18,732 bases of DNA. It comes from Geodia barretti. Taxonomy: Eukaryota. The position numbers and the translations under genes are program-made. Position 1 is the stretch's first letter, and every line of letters begins with the position of its first letter. Shown here piece by piece: positions 7,584 to 16,536 of the stretch. The DNA lies in the NCBI GenBank assembly GCA_030341885.1, contig CASHTH010004028.1, positions 1-18,732 on the forward strand, written 5' to 3'. Below the pieces are notes generated by a model. That model searched no databases and was not told the DNA's origin. It worked only from the letters and a program-made list of their open reading frames with translations.

Positions 7584-7733
7584 CTACGCACATTGGGGAG
7601 GCAAATAGTAAAATAGCGTATTCACAGACTCAAACTGGCATCTTGAAGGAAAATATTCGTGCTACATAGCAATTTCACACAGGATGACGAGCCTAGTATG
7701 TAAAAATGTCTCCCACAAGAATGTGATTCATGC

Positions 7734-7877
7734 CTTGTCTCCAGACTTGAAGAGGTGGTTGATGTGCTCTTCAATCTTTCTCTTCTCCTCGTCCGTGGCC
7801 TCGAGGGAGTTGAGCGCTTCTTCTCCAAACTCCTTCTTGAGTGTGGCCGACACCGTGTCTCCTGCCTCCACCATTCC
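7734..7877 (-). CDS. NUDT9: NUDT9-like exon 5 (Nudix box): [48 protein letters not shown]
   Basis: CCCTCCAG acceptor. Donor is AAG|GCATGA (GC-AG intron). Matches human [43 protein letters not shown]. Confidence 0.8.
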
Positions 7878-8089
7878 CTGGAGGGAGGGGCTCAGACTGT
7901 AAGGTAAATCAACTGATACACATTTAGGCCCAAAATTCAAATCCTTTCGCTGCTGTATATTTCGAATTTACTAACACGTAACACAGATGTAAAACAATGC
8001 AAAAGCCCACCTGACTTCCTGTGGGCCCCTAAGAGTTTTAATTCACACACAGCTCTCCTTCTCTATCATTTTGTGGTAGTGCAACTTAC

Positions 8090-8195
8090 TCCAGGGATAG
8101 CCCAGGCTCCAGTGTCTCCTCTTCTGACAGCCACAAACTCCAACACTGGCTTTCCCTCTCTCTCCACTCTAGCTCCACTCCCATCTCTCTTCCAC
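8090..8195 (-). CDS. NUDT9: NUDT9-like exon 4: (R)WKRDGSGARVEREGKPVLEFVAVRRGDTGAWAIPG
   Basis: GTGCAG acceptor, GGA|GTAAGT donor. Matches human [37 protein letters not shown]. Confidence 0.8.
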
Positions 8196-8360
8196 CTGCA
8201 CAGAGAGTGACACTGTAAACAGGCCAACAACTACTGTATAGTATTTTTATTCAAATTTCCTTTCCAAGTGAGTTCCTAAACAGGATTGTGCTTTATTCAT
8301 TCTTGCATGTGTATGCACCTGGATAATAGTTAGTTGTATTAAAATCTTTTGTGAACTCAC

Positions 8361-8447
8361 CTGGTGACGACAGGGTCAGCTGCATGATTGGGTCCCCACC
8401 TCCCGAGCAGACCCCTCCCGATCATCCCTGTCCGACCCACTGGGTTC
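8361..8447 (-). CDS. NUDT9: NUDT9-like exon 3: (R)[28 protein letters not shown](R)
   Basis: CCTGCAG acceptor, GTGAGT donor. Matches human [30 protein letters not shown]. Confidence 0.85.
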
Positions 8448-8590
8448 CTGCAGGCACAACGGGACAGAGAGGGAGGGAGAAGAGAGGTAGGGAACAGTTC
8501 TTCTAGAGAGGTGTGGGGGGGGGGCAAGGGGCCAATTTCCCCCCATAAATTTTGCCCCCTGGGCTCAAAATGAAGTGGTAGTAGTGATAC

Positions 8591-8695
8591 CTGGGGACTT
8601 TGTCCATTATCTGGTAGGTGCCCATGTGACTCTTTCTGTCCACTTTACCGTCCAATGAGTTGAACTGCAGCGGTTTTTCCGGCTCCTCCTCCTTC
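8591..8695 (-). CDS. NUDT9: NUDT9-like exon 2: (R)[34 protein letters not shown](R)
   Basis: ATTTGCAG acceptor, CAG|GTATCA donor. Phase consistent with exons 1 and 3. Confidence 0.75.
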
Positions 8696-8816
8696 CTGCA
8701 AATATACACAGAGCTTGTGTGAATACAACAGATTTTGAGGAAAAACAAATGTGGGATGTGGTTGTTTTGCTCCTAATTGTAACAAAAATGATTGACTGCT
8801 ATGCCTCATTAGAGAC

Positions 8817-8992
8817 CTGATGTCGGGGTCTGCCCAAACGGGACGGGAGAGGACGCGAGGTGCCGTGTAGTCCACGGGGTGGTATCCGGGGTAGTCCACG
8901 GACCAGGGGGTCTTGTCTTCCGGCACGGGGAACCGCCGGACGCCGCCCAGGTACTCCAGGGGCTGCCTGTGAGTCGTGAAAGTAGTCGCCAT
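8817..8992 (-). CDS. NUDT9: NUDT9-like exon 1: MATTFTTHRQPLEYLGGVRRFPVPEDKTPWSVDYPGYHPVDYTAPRVLSRPVWADPDI(R)
   Basis: ATG at 8990-8992 (- strand); GTCTCT donor. Matches human ...[25 protein letters not shown]. There is no long N-terminal presequence before the conserved core. Confidence 0.8.
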
Positions 8993-9214
8993 CCTTCGGA
9001 GCCACGATATCCCAGCTGTAGCAGCGGCCAGCTCTCGAAATCAGCACAGCAAATCCTGTGTCCCCGTGTGTTGCACTCAGCTACACCCTTAGATTGAGCC
9101 CCGCCCAGCTGCGCATGCGTATGCGGAATTGGCGACGGCCCGGATCGATGACGGTCAATCGAGAGCCGGTGACTAATTCTCCTTGTGCGATTGGGCAGGA
9201 AAATCCTGATCAGT
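8993..9214. promoter_or_regulatory. CpG-rich bidirectional promoter between NUDT9 (-) and an unknown + gene. Contains CTGCGCATGCGTATGCG (NRF1/ewg-like GCGCATGCG core) at about 9108-9124
   Basis: 222 bp between the divergent start codons. High CpG density runs from about 8820 to 9200. Confidence 0.55.
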
Positions 9215-9280
9215 ATGTCTGTGGCGCAGCAGTTGAAAGACCTGAGAAGCGATGTGCGGACGCTTCTGGACTACGCACAA
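9215..9280 (+). CDS. Unknown coiled-coil protein, exon 1: MSVAQQLKDLRSDVRTLLDYAQ
   Basis: ATG in a Kozak-like context (cagtATGt) just downstream of the CpG-island promoter. Phase-0 GTATGT donor at 9281. Confidence 0.55.
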
Positions 9281-9343
9281 GTATGTAGCAAGCTAACGGA
9301 ATTTCTAGCTAGCTATACACGATGTTTACCGTCGGCCGTCTAG

Positions 9344-9424
9344 GCGCTGAAGGCCGAAAACGAACGTTTGCGAGGTGCTTTTAGAGGTTCATTCGTCTTT
9401 CTCAGGAATAAAGAACAAGAGAAG
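9344..9424 (+). CDS. Unknown gene, candidate exon 2: ALKAENERLR... (short form ends at 9374 on G|GTGC; long form ends at 9424 on AAG|GTGCGC)
   Basis: CGTCTAG acceptor. In-frame continuation of the exon-1 heptad-like sequence. Which donor is used cannot be settled from sequence. Confidence 0.35.
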
Positions 9425-9800
9425 GTGCGCAGTATTCGTGCAACTCTGTATTGTAATGTGAGATCTATAATCCGACAGGTTTTCAGAGCTGTCACGGAAG
9501 TTGGTGCTGCGTTTCCAAAGCTCAAGACAGTCCCCGACATTTCCCTTACCCACAGCAAAGCAACAGTGAGCTTACCCTACGCAATTCTATGCAAGTTATT
9601 TTCTTGTTATTTTCACTTTGGCATGGTAGCTACTATAGTCTAGCTCGTACTATAGAGTCTAGTCGACTGTGTAGTAAGTTACTAATCTGGCAGTGTATTG
9701 TGTTGTGTATTACATCAGCAACGATTAACCACCTTGCAGCATGTGACACACAGAGAGCTTGTGAGTGTGACTGTATTTCCCTCATCCCTCCCCTCAATAG

Positions 9801-10042
9801 AGCCATCATCTACCGAATGCCTCTGAAGGATTCACAGAGGAAGCAGCAGGTCTCCTGAATGGGGAGAATGAAGCTGGGAGAGAAGTGGGGAATGATGAAG
9901 CTCATAATGAAGGGAGTATTCTGAAACCTCAGTTATTCACTACAAGTGACTTAGCAGATGCACTACTGGAGCACAATAAGCTGTTGGGCAGACTTCGACA
10001 GTACACTATCTCCAGCAGTAACACCTCAATACCTACCTCCAG
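9801..10042 (+). CDS. Unknown gene, candidate exon: two alternative readings. Short: AIIYRMPLKDSQRKQQ to donor 9850. Long: SHHLPNASEGFTEEAAGLLNGENEAGREVGNDEAHNEGSILKPQLFTTSDLADALLEHNKLLGRLRQYTISSSNTSIPTS to donor 10043
   Basis: Strong CCCTCCCCTCAATAG acceptor. An 80-codon open frame to GTAATT. Only the short reading is phase-compatible with the downstream exon chain. Confidence 0.35.
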
Positions 10043-10510
10043 GTAATTTAAAAGCTGCACAACTAACATCTCCTTCTCACCTTAACAATTGATAGCCTAA
10101 GGACATAGGAGGAAGGACAGGCCAAGCAATGATTCTGAATGCATTCCCTGTAGCTGGAGAGTGCAATGCTTATTAAGCCCTCAGAATGGGGTTGCCTTAT
10201 AAGTTTGTGATAAGTGTACATAAACTCTTATTTAAGCGGGGTAATATTGGCTCCAATGGCCAATTTCTGTTTTTGGACATACTGTTGATGGTTGGTGGGT
10301 GATCCCGTTGAGTAAACTCTGAATGTCCCACTCAAGATAATTTTATTGTTGTTGTTATTAGACTCATGTAAACAGCTCTCCAAACATCGGAGAGCATGAT
10401 CTGACAGGAGCCGGTGTGGTTGGCTTTAGGGAACAACAAAACATGAATGTAAGCAGTGTATTTTGTGGCATTATTATTGCAGGATATCGATTACTTTCCT
10501 CCGTTTACAG

Positions 10511-10591
10511 GATTTTGCCGTTCATGTCAGTTGGTCAAATGAAAGTAGCTTTGAAATCTACCGAAATTACCTCGATTTCTTCACACTGCAG
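10511..10591 (+). CDS. Unknown gene exon: DFAVHVSWSNESSFEIYRNYLDFFTLQ
   Basis: CCGTTTACAG acceptor, CAG|GTGTGT donor, phase 0 at both ends. Phase-consistent chain with the next two exons. Confidence 0.5.
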
Positions 10592-10663
10592 GTGTGTACA
10601 GCAAAGAGTTGAAGAACAGATTTTGACTACTAATGTGTTTTTGTTGTTCTCTACAATGTATAG

Positions 10664-10715
10664 GCAAGATTAAGGGAATTAGGGGTACAAAAAACAAGAA
10701 CTCCGGAACTTCCAT
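10664..10715 (+). CDS. Unknown gene exon: ARLRELGVQKTRTPELP
   Basis: AATGTATAG acceptor, CAT|GTACGT donor. Phase consistent with both flanking exons. Confidence 0.5.
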
Positions 10716-10774
10716 GTACGTTTACAATAAGCATATTAATGATTTTTCACTTTGCTCTCTGCTTTATGTAATAG

Positions 10775-10863
10775 TATCGGATCATCTTCTGGCAGTGTTG
10801 GGTCAACTCAGCTCTACTGAGTCACTGTACCATCGATACAAGTTGGTCGATTCATTTTGCAAA
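10775..10863 (+). CDS. Unknown gene exon: (L)SDHLLAVLGQLSSTESLYHRYKLVDSFCK
   Basis: GTAATAG acceptor, AAA|GTAAGA donor. Read through unspliced, it would stop at 10887. Confidence 0.45.
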
Positions 10864-11635
10864 GTAAGACTTCACACGATACAGTAGGTCCAACCACAAT
10901 CCAATCCTTTTTACCATCGGCTATTATTTCACAAGCACTGGTGTAAGTATGTTATTAAGTGTGTGATCTGACACAGTGCAATAGAAGTGTCTCAGGTGCC
11001 TGTAGAAATAACTATTTTCCCCTTTTGTGTAGGCATTGCTGGCAGTGTAAAGGGAAAGGAAGTTGGAGATGTTGGCAGGACTTCTGTACTGATCTTCTTT
11101 GTTCCCGTCTCCGAGACATACAAATAGAAACGTTAGCAGCTTTATTGCAACCCTTTCGTTTTCATTACACAATATTTATACACACACACACAACAGTACC
11201 AGGCTGGACAGTAGCTACAGTTTTGAAGCAGAAGGTAAGCAAAACCTGTCGGGGAAAGTCGTACCTTTGCTGCTGATAAACAACCTTCAAACGCTTCTCA
11301 TAGTTGTTTGTTCTTAAGTTTGTTTCTGTATGATAATAGGAGAGAGTGACTTGGACAGTGAAGACTGCTTGGCTTCCTGTCTTCAGTGTGCTCTTGCTCA
11401 CGACAGAAGTGGTACAACACACACAGCGGTAGGTTTTCACTTTCACCGAGGTAACTAGTAAACTCCTGAGGAATAGTAATCTTTACCCATGAGGCGTGTG
11501 ATATACTATCGAGCTTTCCTTTCTACAATATGGTTTATCCGTGCATTATGCTGCCAAGGACATCTGTGTAGCATCTGAAGTAGTTTTTATAGTATGTTTT
11601 TTCTGTGTATTCCATAAGGAAATGTAATAAGCAAT

Positions 11636-11656
11636 ATATATATATATATTATATAC
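11636..11656. repeat. (TA)n microsatellite inside an AT-rich tract
   Basis: atatatatatatatatta. Confidence 0.85.
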
Positions 11657-11722
11657 ATGAGCAATAGTAGTATATATAAATTATTATAATTATATTATGT
11701 TGACTGTTACATCTGTGTATAG

Positions 11723-11926
11723 CAGACCGGTTGGATGCTCGGAAACGGACCAACCAGAGAAGCCGAGAGCGAGAAAGGCAGACCTCAGATTCACAAGCCG
11801 TCCCTCGCACATCCTGTCCTCACCCACATGCACTCTGCACCCACGACACACCCAGTAGCCGTTACCCCATCGCGATCAAACACCGAAACTCCCCATTCTG
11901 AAGACCTCCTCTTCTCTCGACAGTGA
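11723..11926 (+). CDS. Candidate terminal exon, possibly of the 9215 gene: QTGWMLGNGPTREAESEKGRPQIHKPSLAHPVLTHMHSAPTTHPVAVTPSRSNTETPHSEDLLFSRQ* (S/T/P/H-rich, low complexity)
   Basis: TGTGTATAG acceptor. 68-codon phase-0 ORF ending in TGA at 11924-11926. Confidence 0.3.
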   Translation, partial: QTGWMLGNGPTREAESEKGRPQIHKPSLAHPVLTHMHSAPTTHPVAVTPSRSNTETPHSEDLLFSRQ

Positions 11927-12663
11927 ACCCACTACGGTCCGCGTCAGGGAGCCGACGGCGGGGAAGTGTGGCCGGCTGATTTCAGACATCGTTCCTCAAA
12001 TATTCTCAGTGGAGGAGAGGGAGAGCTCTCACTAGAGTCAAAGCCCTCTGTGTGAAGAGTGGCAACATGGACTGGGGGGTAAGTTCCACCCCAGATATAT
12101 GAGAGCCTCCATCTATATTGGCTCTCCGTGCCAGTGCTATAATTATCATGGTTCTATTGTCGGATGTGTGTTAGATTAATTAAATGGGGTACACAAGCTA
12201 GTCTGTCGACCCATTCAAGTAATAGTGGGGACTGTCTGAAAATAATACTCGGGCCCATAGACTACGCACCTAGAGCAATGGGACGGAGCCATACATGCTG
12301 GTGTCAGGAAACGTTGCTCGATGAGAATGACATTTACAGGTACGGGAGACCTCAGCTGGCCACGCGAACCAGAAAAATAGCCGGAAGATGGAAGAGAACA
12401 AAACACTAGCACAGATGGCGGAGAAAGAACTTTCGATGTCAAACAGTTGATTTATCCTCATTGGAGCCTCAACTTGATTTCAACTCAGAAATTTTTTATC
12501 CGTTTTTGCACTATTGCTGCAGATATCAAATCAAAATATTTCCCACACAGTAGTACACACGGTGGCATACAACGTGTAAGAAAAATTCACAAGAGTTCAA
12601 AAAACTAAGTAAGTCTAAAATCTGCTACTATTGTTCCCACTGTCCACCAGACTGCACGAATAG

Positions 12664-12828
12664 CTATCTGTGTATTATAGCCTGTAGGAATAGGAGGTGG
12701 AAGGATTGGCAGGGGGCGGGGCCTCGAGAGCTCCGATAAGCCCCGTGGGCGGTGTTGAAGAGGTTAATGGGACTTGATCCGTCTGTTATCAGAGTGGACT
12801 TGAGCCCCAGACTCTTTAGCAGCTTCAC
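12664..12828 (-). CDS. MVP: MVP terminal exon: [54 protein letters not shown]
   Basis: CTTTCACAG acceptor. Matches human [34 protein letters not shown]. Stop TAG at 12664-12666 (- strand). Confidence 0.85.
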   Translation of the reverse strand: MKLLKSLGLKSTLITDGSSPINLFNTAHGAYRSSRGPAPCQSFHLLFLQAIIHR

Positions 12829-12895
12829 CTGTGAAAGAACGGCAACCCTGAGTGAAAACACAGCTTCCCGAAGATATTGCGGCAAAGTATACATA

Positions 12896-13013
12896 ATGTG
12901 AGGGGGCATGGGAAAAGGGACCTATATGGCTGGAATGTGAAAATGTTAACCACAAAAACTTAATTTTCACATTCCAGCCATATAGGTCCCTTTTCCCATG
13001 CCCCCCTCACATA
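12896..13013. repeat. 118-bp near-perfect inverted repeat (49-bp arms, about 19-bp loop): candidate MITE or foldback hairpin in the last MVP intron
   Basis: ATGTGAGGGGGCATGGGAAAAGGGACCTATATGGCTGGAATGTGAAAAT ... ATTTTCACATTCCAGCCATATAGGTCCCTTTTCCCATGCCCCCCTCACAT. The arms differ only by a C5/C6 run. Confidence 0.8.
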
Positions 13014-13311
13014 CATTTTGGACCCTTACTCAGTAGTTGGTTGCTAAATCACTAACATTTTCACTGAGCATAATGATCTTTATACACTTTGGGACCTTTG
13101 TACATGGTGCTACGTCTAACTATCTGGGGCTAAATAGACCACCACATGATCAGCACATTCGTGGGTAAGTATAGTTTTGCGTGTGATCAGGCGGACAATG
13201 TACAACAGTTCTCAATAGCTATTGTATGTACGTACGTCAGGCAAAGAGTGAAGTAGGGTAGTTGTAGAGGAAGGTTGAGGTGTTATGTATACTCGTGTAC
13301 TGTTTAAATAC

Positions 13312-13502
13312 CTGCCATCTCAGGGCCGGCAGTGGCAATAGCCTGAATGGTCTGCGAGCCAATGGCATCGACCATGTCCTTGAATTTATGTGTCCGATGG
13401 TCGCCATGTCCCTGGCCCTTGGCAATCTCGAGGGTCGTTCTGCTCCCTTACAAACTTTGTCTCTGCCTCCCGCGCACCCGACAACCTCTCCAGCTCTGAT
13501 TC
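13312..13502 (-). CDS. MVP: MVP exon (cap-helix region): ESELERLSGAREAETKFVREQND / LEIAKGQGHGDHRTHKFKDMVDAIGSQTIQAIATAGPEM(Q); two apparent 1-nt frame breaks
   Basis: The N-terminal half reads in one frame and the conserved KFK.M.EAIG....AGPEMQ half in the +1 frame (break near 13425-13430). The exon ends GAG ATG GCA G|GT, but exon M needs phase 0. Confidence 0.6.
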
Positions 13503-13774
13503 CTGTGAGAGTAATATTATACAACAATTAGTGGTAGTAGTCGCACGAATAAGGCTGGGGTCACAATACACATCGCATTGCCCTGTCAGCGCCTTGCAGC
13601 TTTTGCTGCACCGAGAGGATAGTTTCTAATCTCCGCAGCACAACGTGATGCAGCACAGTGCGATGGGGCGATGCAACATACCCAGCCTAAACTCTTATCA
13701 TAATACTTATATAGCCCATGCAAATTTCAACGTCTCTAAGTTGGAACTGATTCCGAGGGTTTCACTGTACCTAC

Positions 13775-14018
13775 CGCCTCAATCTGCTGGCTTGGGCCTT
13801 CAGTTTGGCCTGTTCTACTGCAGCCTGTCCCTCGATCTTGGCAGCCTCTGCTCGTGACTGGGCCTCAGCCTTGGCCTGTCCCGTCGACTCAACTGCCGCA
13901 CTGTTGGCCTGCAGCTCCAGGAGCCTCCTTGCGTGCTCTTTCTGCCTCAGCCTCGTCCGTGATCTTCTGTCGCTCCAGAGCTCCCTTGGCCTTCTGCTCC
14001 AGCCTCTCTGCCTCGTGT
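13775..14018 (-). CDS. MVP: MVP exon: (R)[31 protein letters not shown] / [45 protein letters not shown]...; internal 1-nt frame break
   Basis: Conserved ARKELLELQA.S.AVESTG.AKAEA.SRAEAA.IEG. The frame shifts by one at AAGGAG[G]CTCCTG (+ strand about 13923-13926). The last about 15 nt are in yet another frame before the GCG|GTAGGT donor. Confidence 0.6.
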
Positions 14019-14337
14019 CTGGAATGTATGGAGTAGCATATTATTCACATGTATAGCTACAGTCTCTCTCTCCCTCCATAGTATCATCTACATGTGTAGC
14101 TACACATCTCTCTTTCACTTCTCTATTGTAGTGGGTTGTCAGTTTTTGTGTTCCAGGATGAAGATGGGTTTTCTTTTCCCTAGGTTTTGTTCTTACACGT
14201 GTTTTTTCAGAATTCAAAGACTGGTAGTTTACACGTACATAGGTAGTGTGCACTTATTATTCGTAATTGTGTGACGGTTGGACGTAATACAGTACATACA
14301 CACATACACAACTGTATACTTTGAACAAACTTTTGAA

Positions 14338-14384
14338 TACACACACACACACACACACACACACACGGCGCGCGCGCGCACACC
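14338..14384. repeat. Compound (CA)n(GC)n microsatellite forming the 5' splice site of the MVP intron on the - strand
   Basis: + strand cacacacacacacacacacacacacacggcgcgcgcgcgcacacc|tggcag. The - strand reads ACTGCCAG|GTGTGCGCGCGCGCGCCGTGTGTG... Confidence 0.9.
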
Positions 14385-14595
14385 TGGCAGTGGCCTCCTG
14401 GGAGTTGGTTGTGATCTCAATGGCCAATTGCACTGACTTCTGCAGAGCATCCCTAGTCCTCTGATCGACTGGCTCTGCCGACTGGATGTCGATGCTGGTT
14501 ATCACGAGGCAGTTGGCAGGGAAGGCGAAGCGATCGCGGACCTTTCCCTTATCGTCTATACCAAAAACAGAGGCACGAATGATCTTTGCCGAGTT
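14384..14595 (-). CDS. MVP: MVP exon: [70 protein letters not shown](R)
   Basis: CACAG acceptor, CAG|GTGTGC donor. Matches human NSARIIRTAVFGFE...[37 protein letters not shown]. Confidence 0.85.
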
Positions 14596-14788
14596 CTGTG
14601 CGGAGGGTAGGATTGGAGGAGAGAGAATTAGACAGTTAGCCAGCAGATATATATATACAGACTTATTCATGAGTCAAACCTCCGAAAAAGGACTCTTCCA
14701 GTTAAGGACGCCTATCCATAAGGCACACCAGGTCATGCCTTATTATTGACTACACACGCACACACACACTCCACTTCCTATATTATAC

Positions 14789-14933
14789 CTTGTGAAAGTC
14801 GTCAAACTGGACCCCAGCCACAGCTCCTCTGATCCTAGAGGCAATGGCTTTGCAGGCGTCACCGACAAAGTCTGGCACCGAGAAAATCTTGGACGCCTCC
14901 TTCTCGCTCCCCTTGTCTGCCACCTCAAAATGC
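14789..14933 (-). CDS. MVP: MVP exon: (W)[48 protein letters not shown]
   Basis: TTTCCAG acceptor, AAG|GTATAA donor. Matches human [49 protein letters not shown]. Confidence 0.85.
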
Positions 14934-15068
14934 CTGGAAACGGTTCAGATTTACGGAATGAAAAGTGAAAAGCAATGCTCTAACGCTCTAGAGCAATAGT
15001 CATATGAATTCTAGGGCCATGTTGTGCTGAGGTCGAATGAATTCAAAGCGGTATCTCCCTCCACTCAC

Positions 15069-15372
15069 CAGTTGTAGGACAGTTGCAGAGAGAGTCTGGC
15101 GTGGTCCGAGGTCTCAATGGTGATGATGTCGGTACAGAAGTCGGGCCCCAAGAGGAGGCAGAGGGCCTTGATGACATTGGGCTTCTTGGGTTTCCCGCCG
15201 GAGAGAGACAGCTGAGTGAACTGCTCGTCCGGCTCCAGCATGACGAGGTCGGGCCCGAACATGACACGTGCCGTCTTCTGTTTGTAGTCGTAGATCTGCA
15301 CGGCGGCGTTGTGCGGGACTCGGAAGGTGATGACCCTCGTTTTGTCTCTCTTTGTAGAGACTGCTGCCCGAG
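15069..15372 (-). CDS. MVP: MVP exon: ..[100 protein letters not shown](W)
   Basis: Strong match to human ...[90 protein letters not shown]. The 5' phase is off by one against the upstream exon. Donor is TG|GTGAGT. Confidence 0.75.
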
Positions 15373-15659
15373 CTGTGTTGTGGGGACAGTCAAGTGGTAG
15401 AGTAAGGAACTAAGGTTGCTAGTGGTTACAGTTAGCCGTGTACGTCAACAGTGCAGCCCTTCGTATCTGGACACCAAAGTATTCATTATTAGAGAGGGGC
15501 CCTTATTCAGAAATTCATGCAAAAAATTAACTGTTCTTTGGGAAAAAGGTGTCCCCCTTATTGGAGAGTTGTCCTCATTTCAGGAGTGCCCTTTGAAAAG
15601 GGTTTCAACTGTCAGTCAAAGGTTTCTTCTCCTCTCCCTTCCCCCTCCCTCTCGCTCAC

Positions 15660-15788
15660 ATCTATCGGAGCGGTCAGCGAGGGGTCTTTGGCCTGAGAGA
15701 GGAGATCTTCAACGGCCGGTGGAAGATGCTTCTCCCACAGTTCCTCGTCCTGGGTCAGCATGTACGTCGAACCACACACAGACCTCAC
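15660..15788 (-). CDS. MVP: MVP exon: [43 protein letters not shown]
   Basis: GACAG acceptor, GAT|GTGAGC donor. Matches human [44 protein letters not shown]. Confidence 0.85.
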
Positions 15789-16057
15789 CTGTCACGTAGA
15801 GAATGAGTGACTTTAGCAACTTGCACCCAGAGCCTCACAAATAGTTAAGATTTGCTTGTGTCTGTCTGTCTTACCATATTGAGTAACAAACTCCCCACTT
15901 CAGGCACATGTAGTATACAGAACATGTACGACAGTGAAACCTCTGAAAAGGACCCTCTGATAAAGGATAGTTATACACTTGGCCTGCCTCTACTTGATTA
16001 CTTCCGAGGGTAATGATGTCGTTCCAAAACTTCACATCTCACAAAAGTTTGATGTAC

Positions 16058-16207
16058 CTTTCCAGTCTTGATGTCCCTGGCGTATATTCCTTCGTTTTCG
16101 TCGAGAGGAATGGCCTTTTGCTTGGTGACCACCTCAACCTCTACCGAGGGGACGTACTCCTGGGGCCCTCTGATCATCCAGCGATCGCCCGGCTGGCGAG
16201 ACGCTCC
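16058..16207 (-). CDS. MVP: MVP exon: [50 protein letters not shown]
   Basis: TTTCCAG acceptor, AAG|GTACAT donor. Matches human [48 protein letters not shown]. Confidence 0.9.
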
Positions 16208-16536
16208 CTGGAAAGAAGGAGAGAGAGATAATAGTTTATCCAATGAGAGAGGAAGAGAAGGGAGATATAACTGTGCAGAGCCAGGGCCTGGCAGGGCTGA
16301 TTATGAATGCAAAGCATGGCTCGAATTGCAGCTGTTAGCAATATAGCAACCCACTTCTGAGAGAAAACAGGAGTGCGAAATTTCGTGGATTTACAAATAT
16401 GTAAAGCATTGAGGGCACCAATAGTTATAGAAAACTGCGCAATTGAGATGAGTAGGTGGACTCGCTTGGTGCAGGAAGTGGAGCATGTGCCTGGAATGCA
16501 GGCAATTAACTATTGTTCCCTCTGTGCCTAGCTCAC

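Noticed and set aside
8509-8521. G13 homopolymer (C-tract on the NUDT9 strand) in a NUDT9 intron
   Set aside because: It is a simple homopolymer, probably a sequencing-ambiguous run, not a feature in itself.
8799-9047. Minus-strand ORF 8799..9047 (82 aa, Arg/Pro-rich)
   Set aside because: It is an alternative frame over NUDT9 exon 1 and the CpG island. The conserved NUDT9 frame (track ORF 8645..8992) is the real one.
12064-12077. Possible first coding exon ATGGACTGGGGG|GTAAGT in a Kozak-like context (caacATGg)
   Set aside because: It is only 4 codons long. No phase-compatible downstream exon could be found before the convergent MVP 3' end at 12664. It may be a 5'UTR or non-coding feature.
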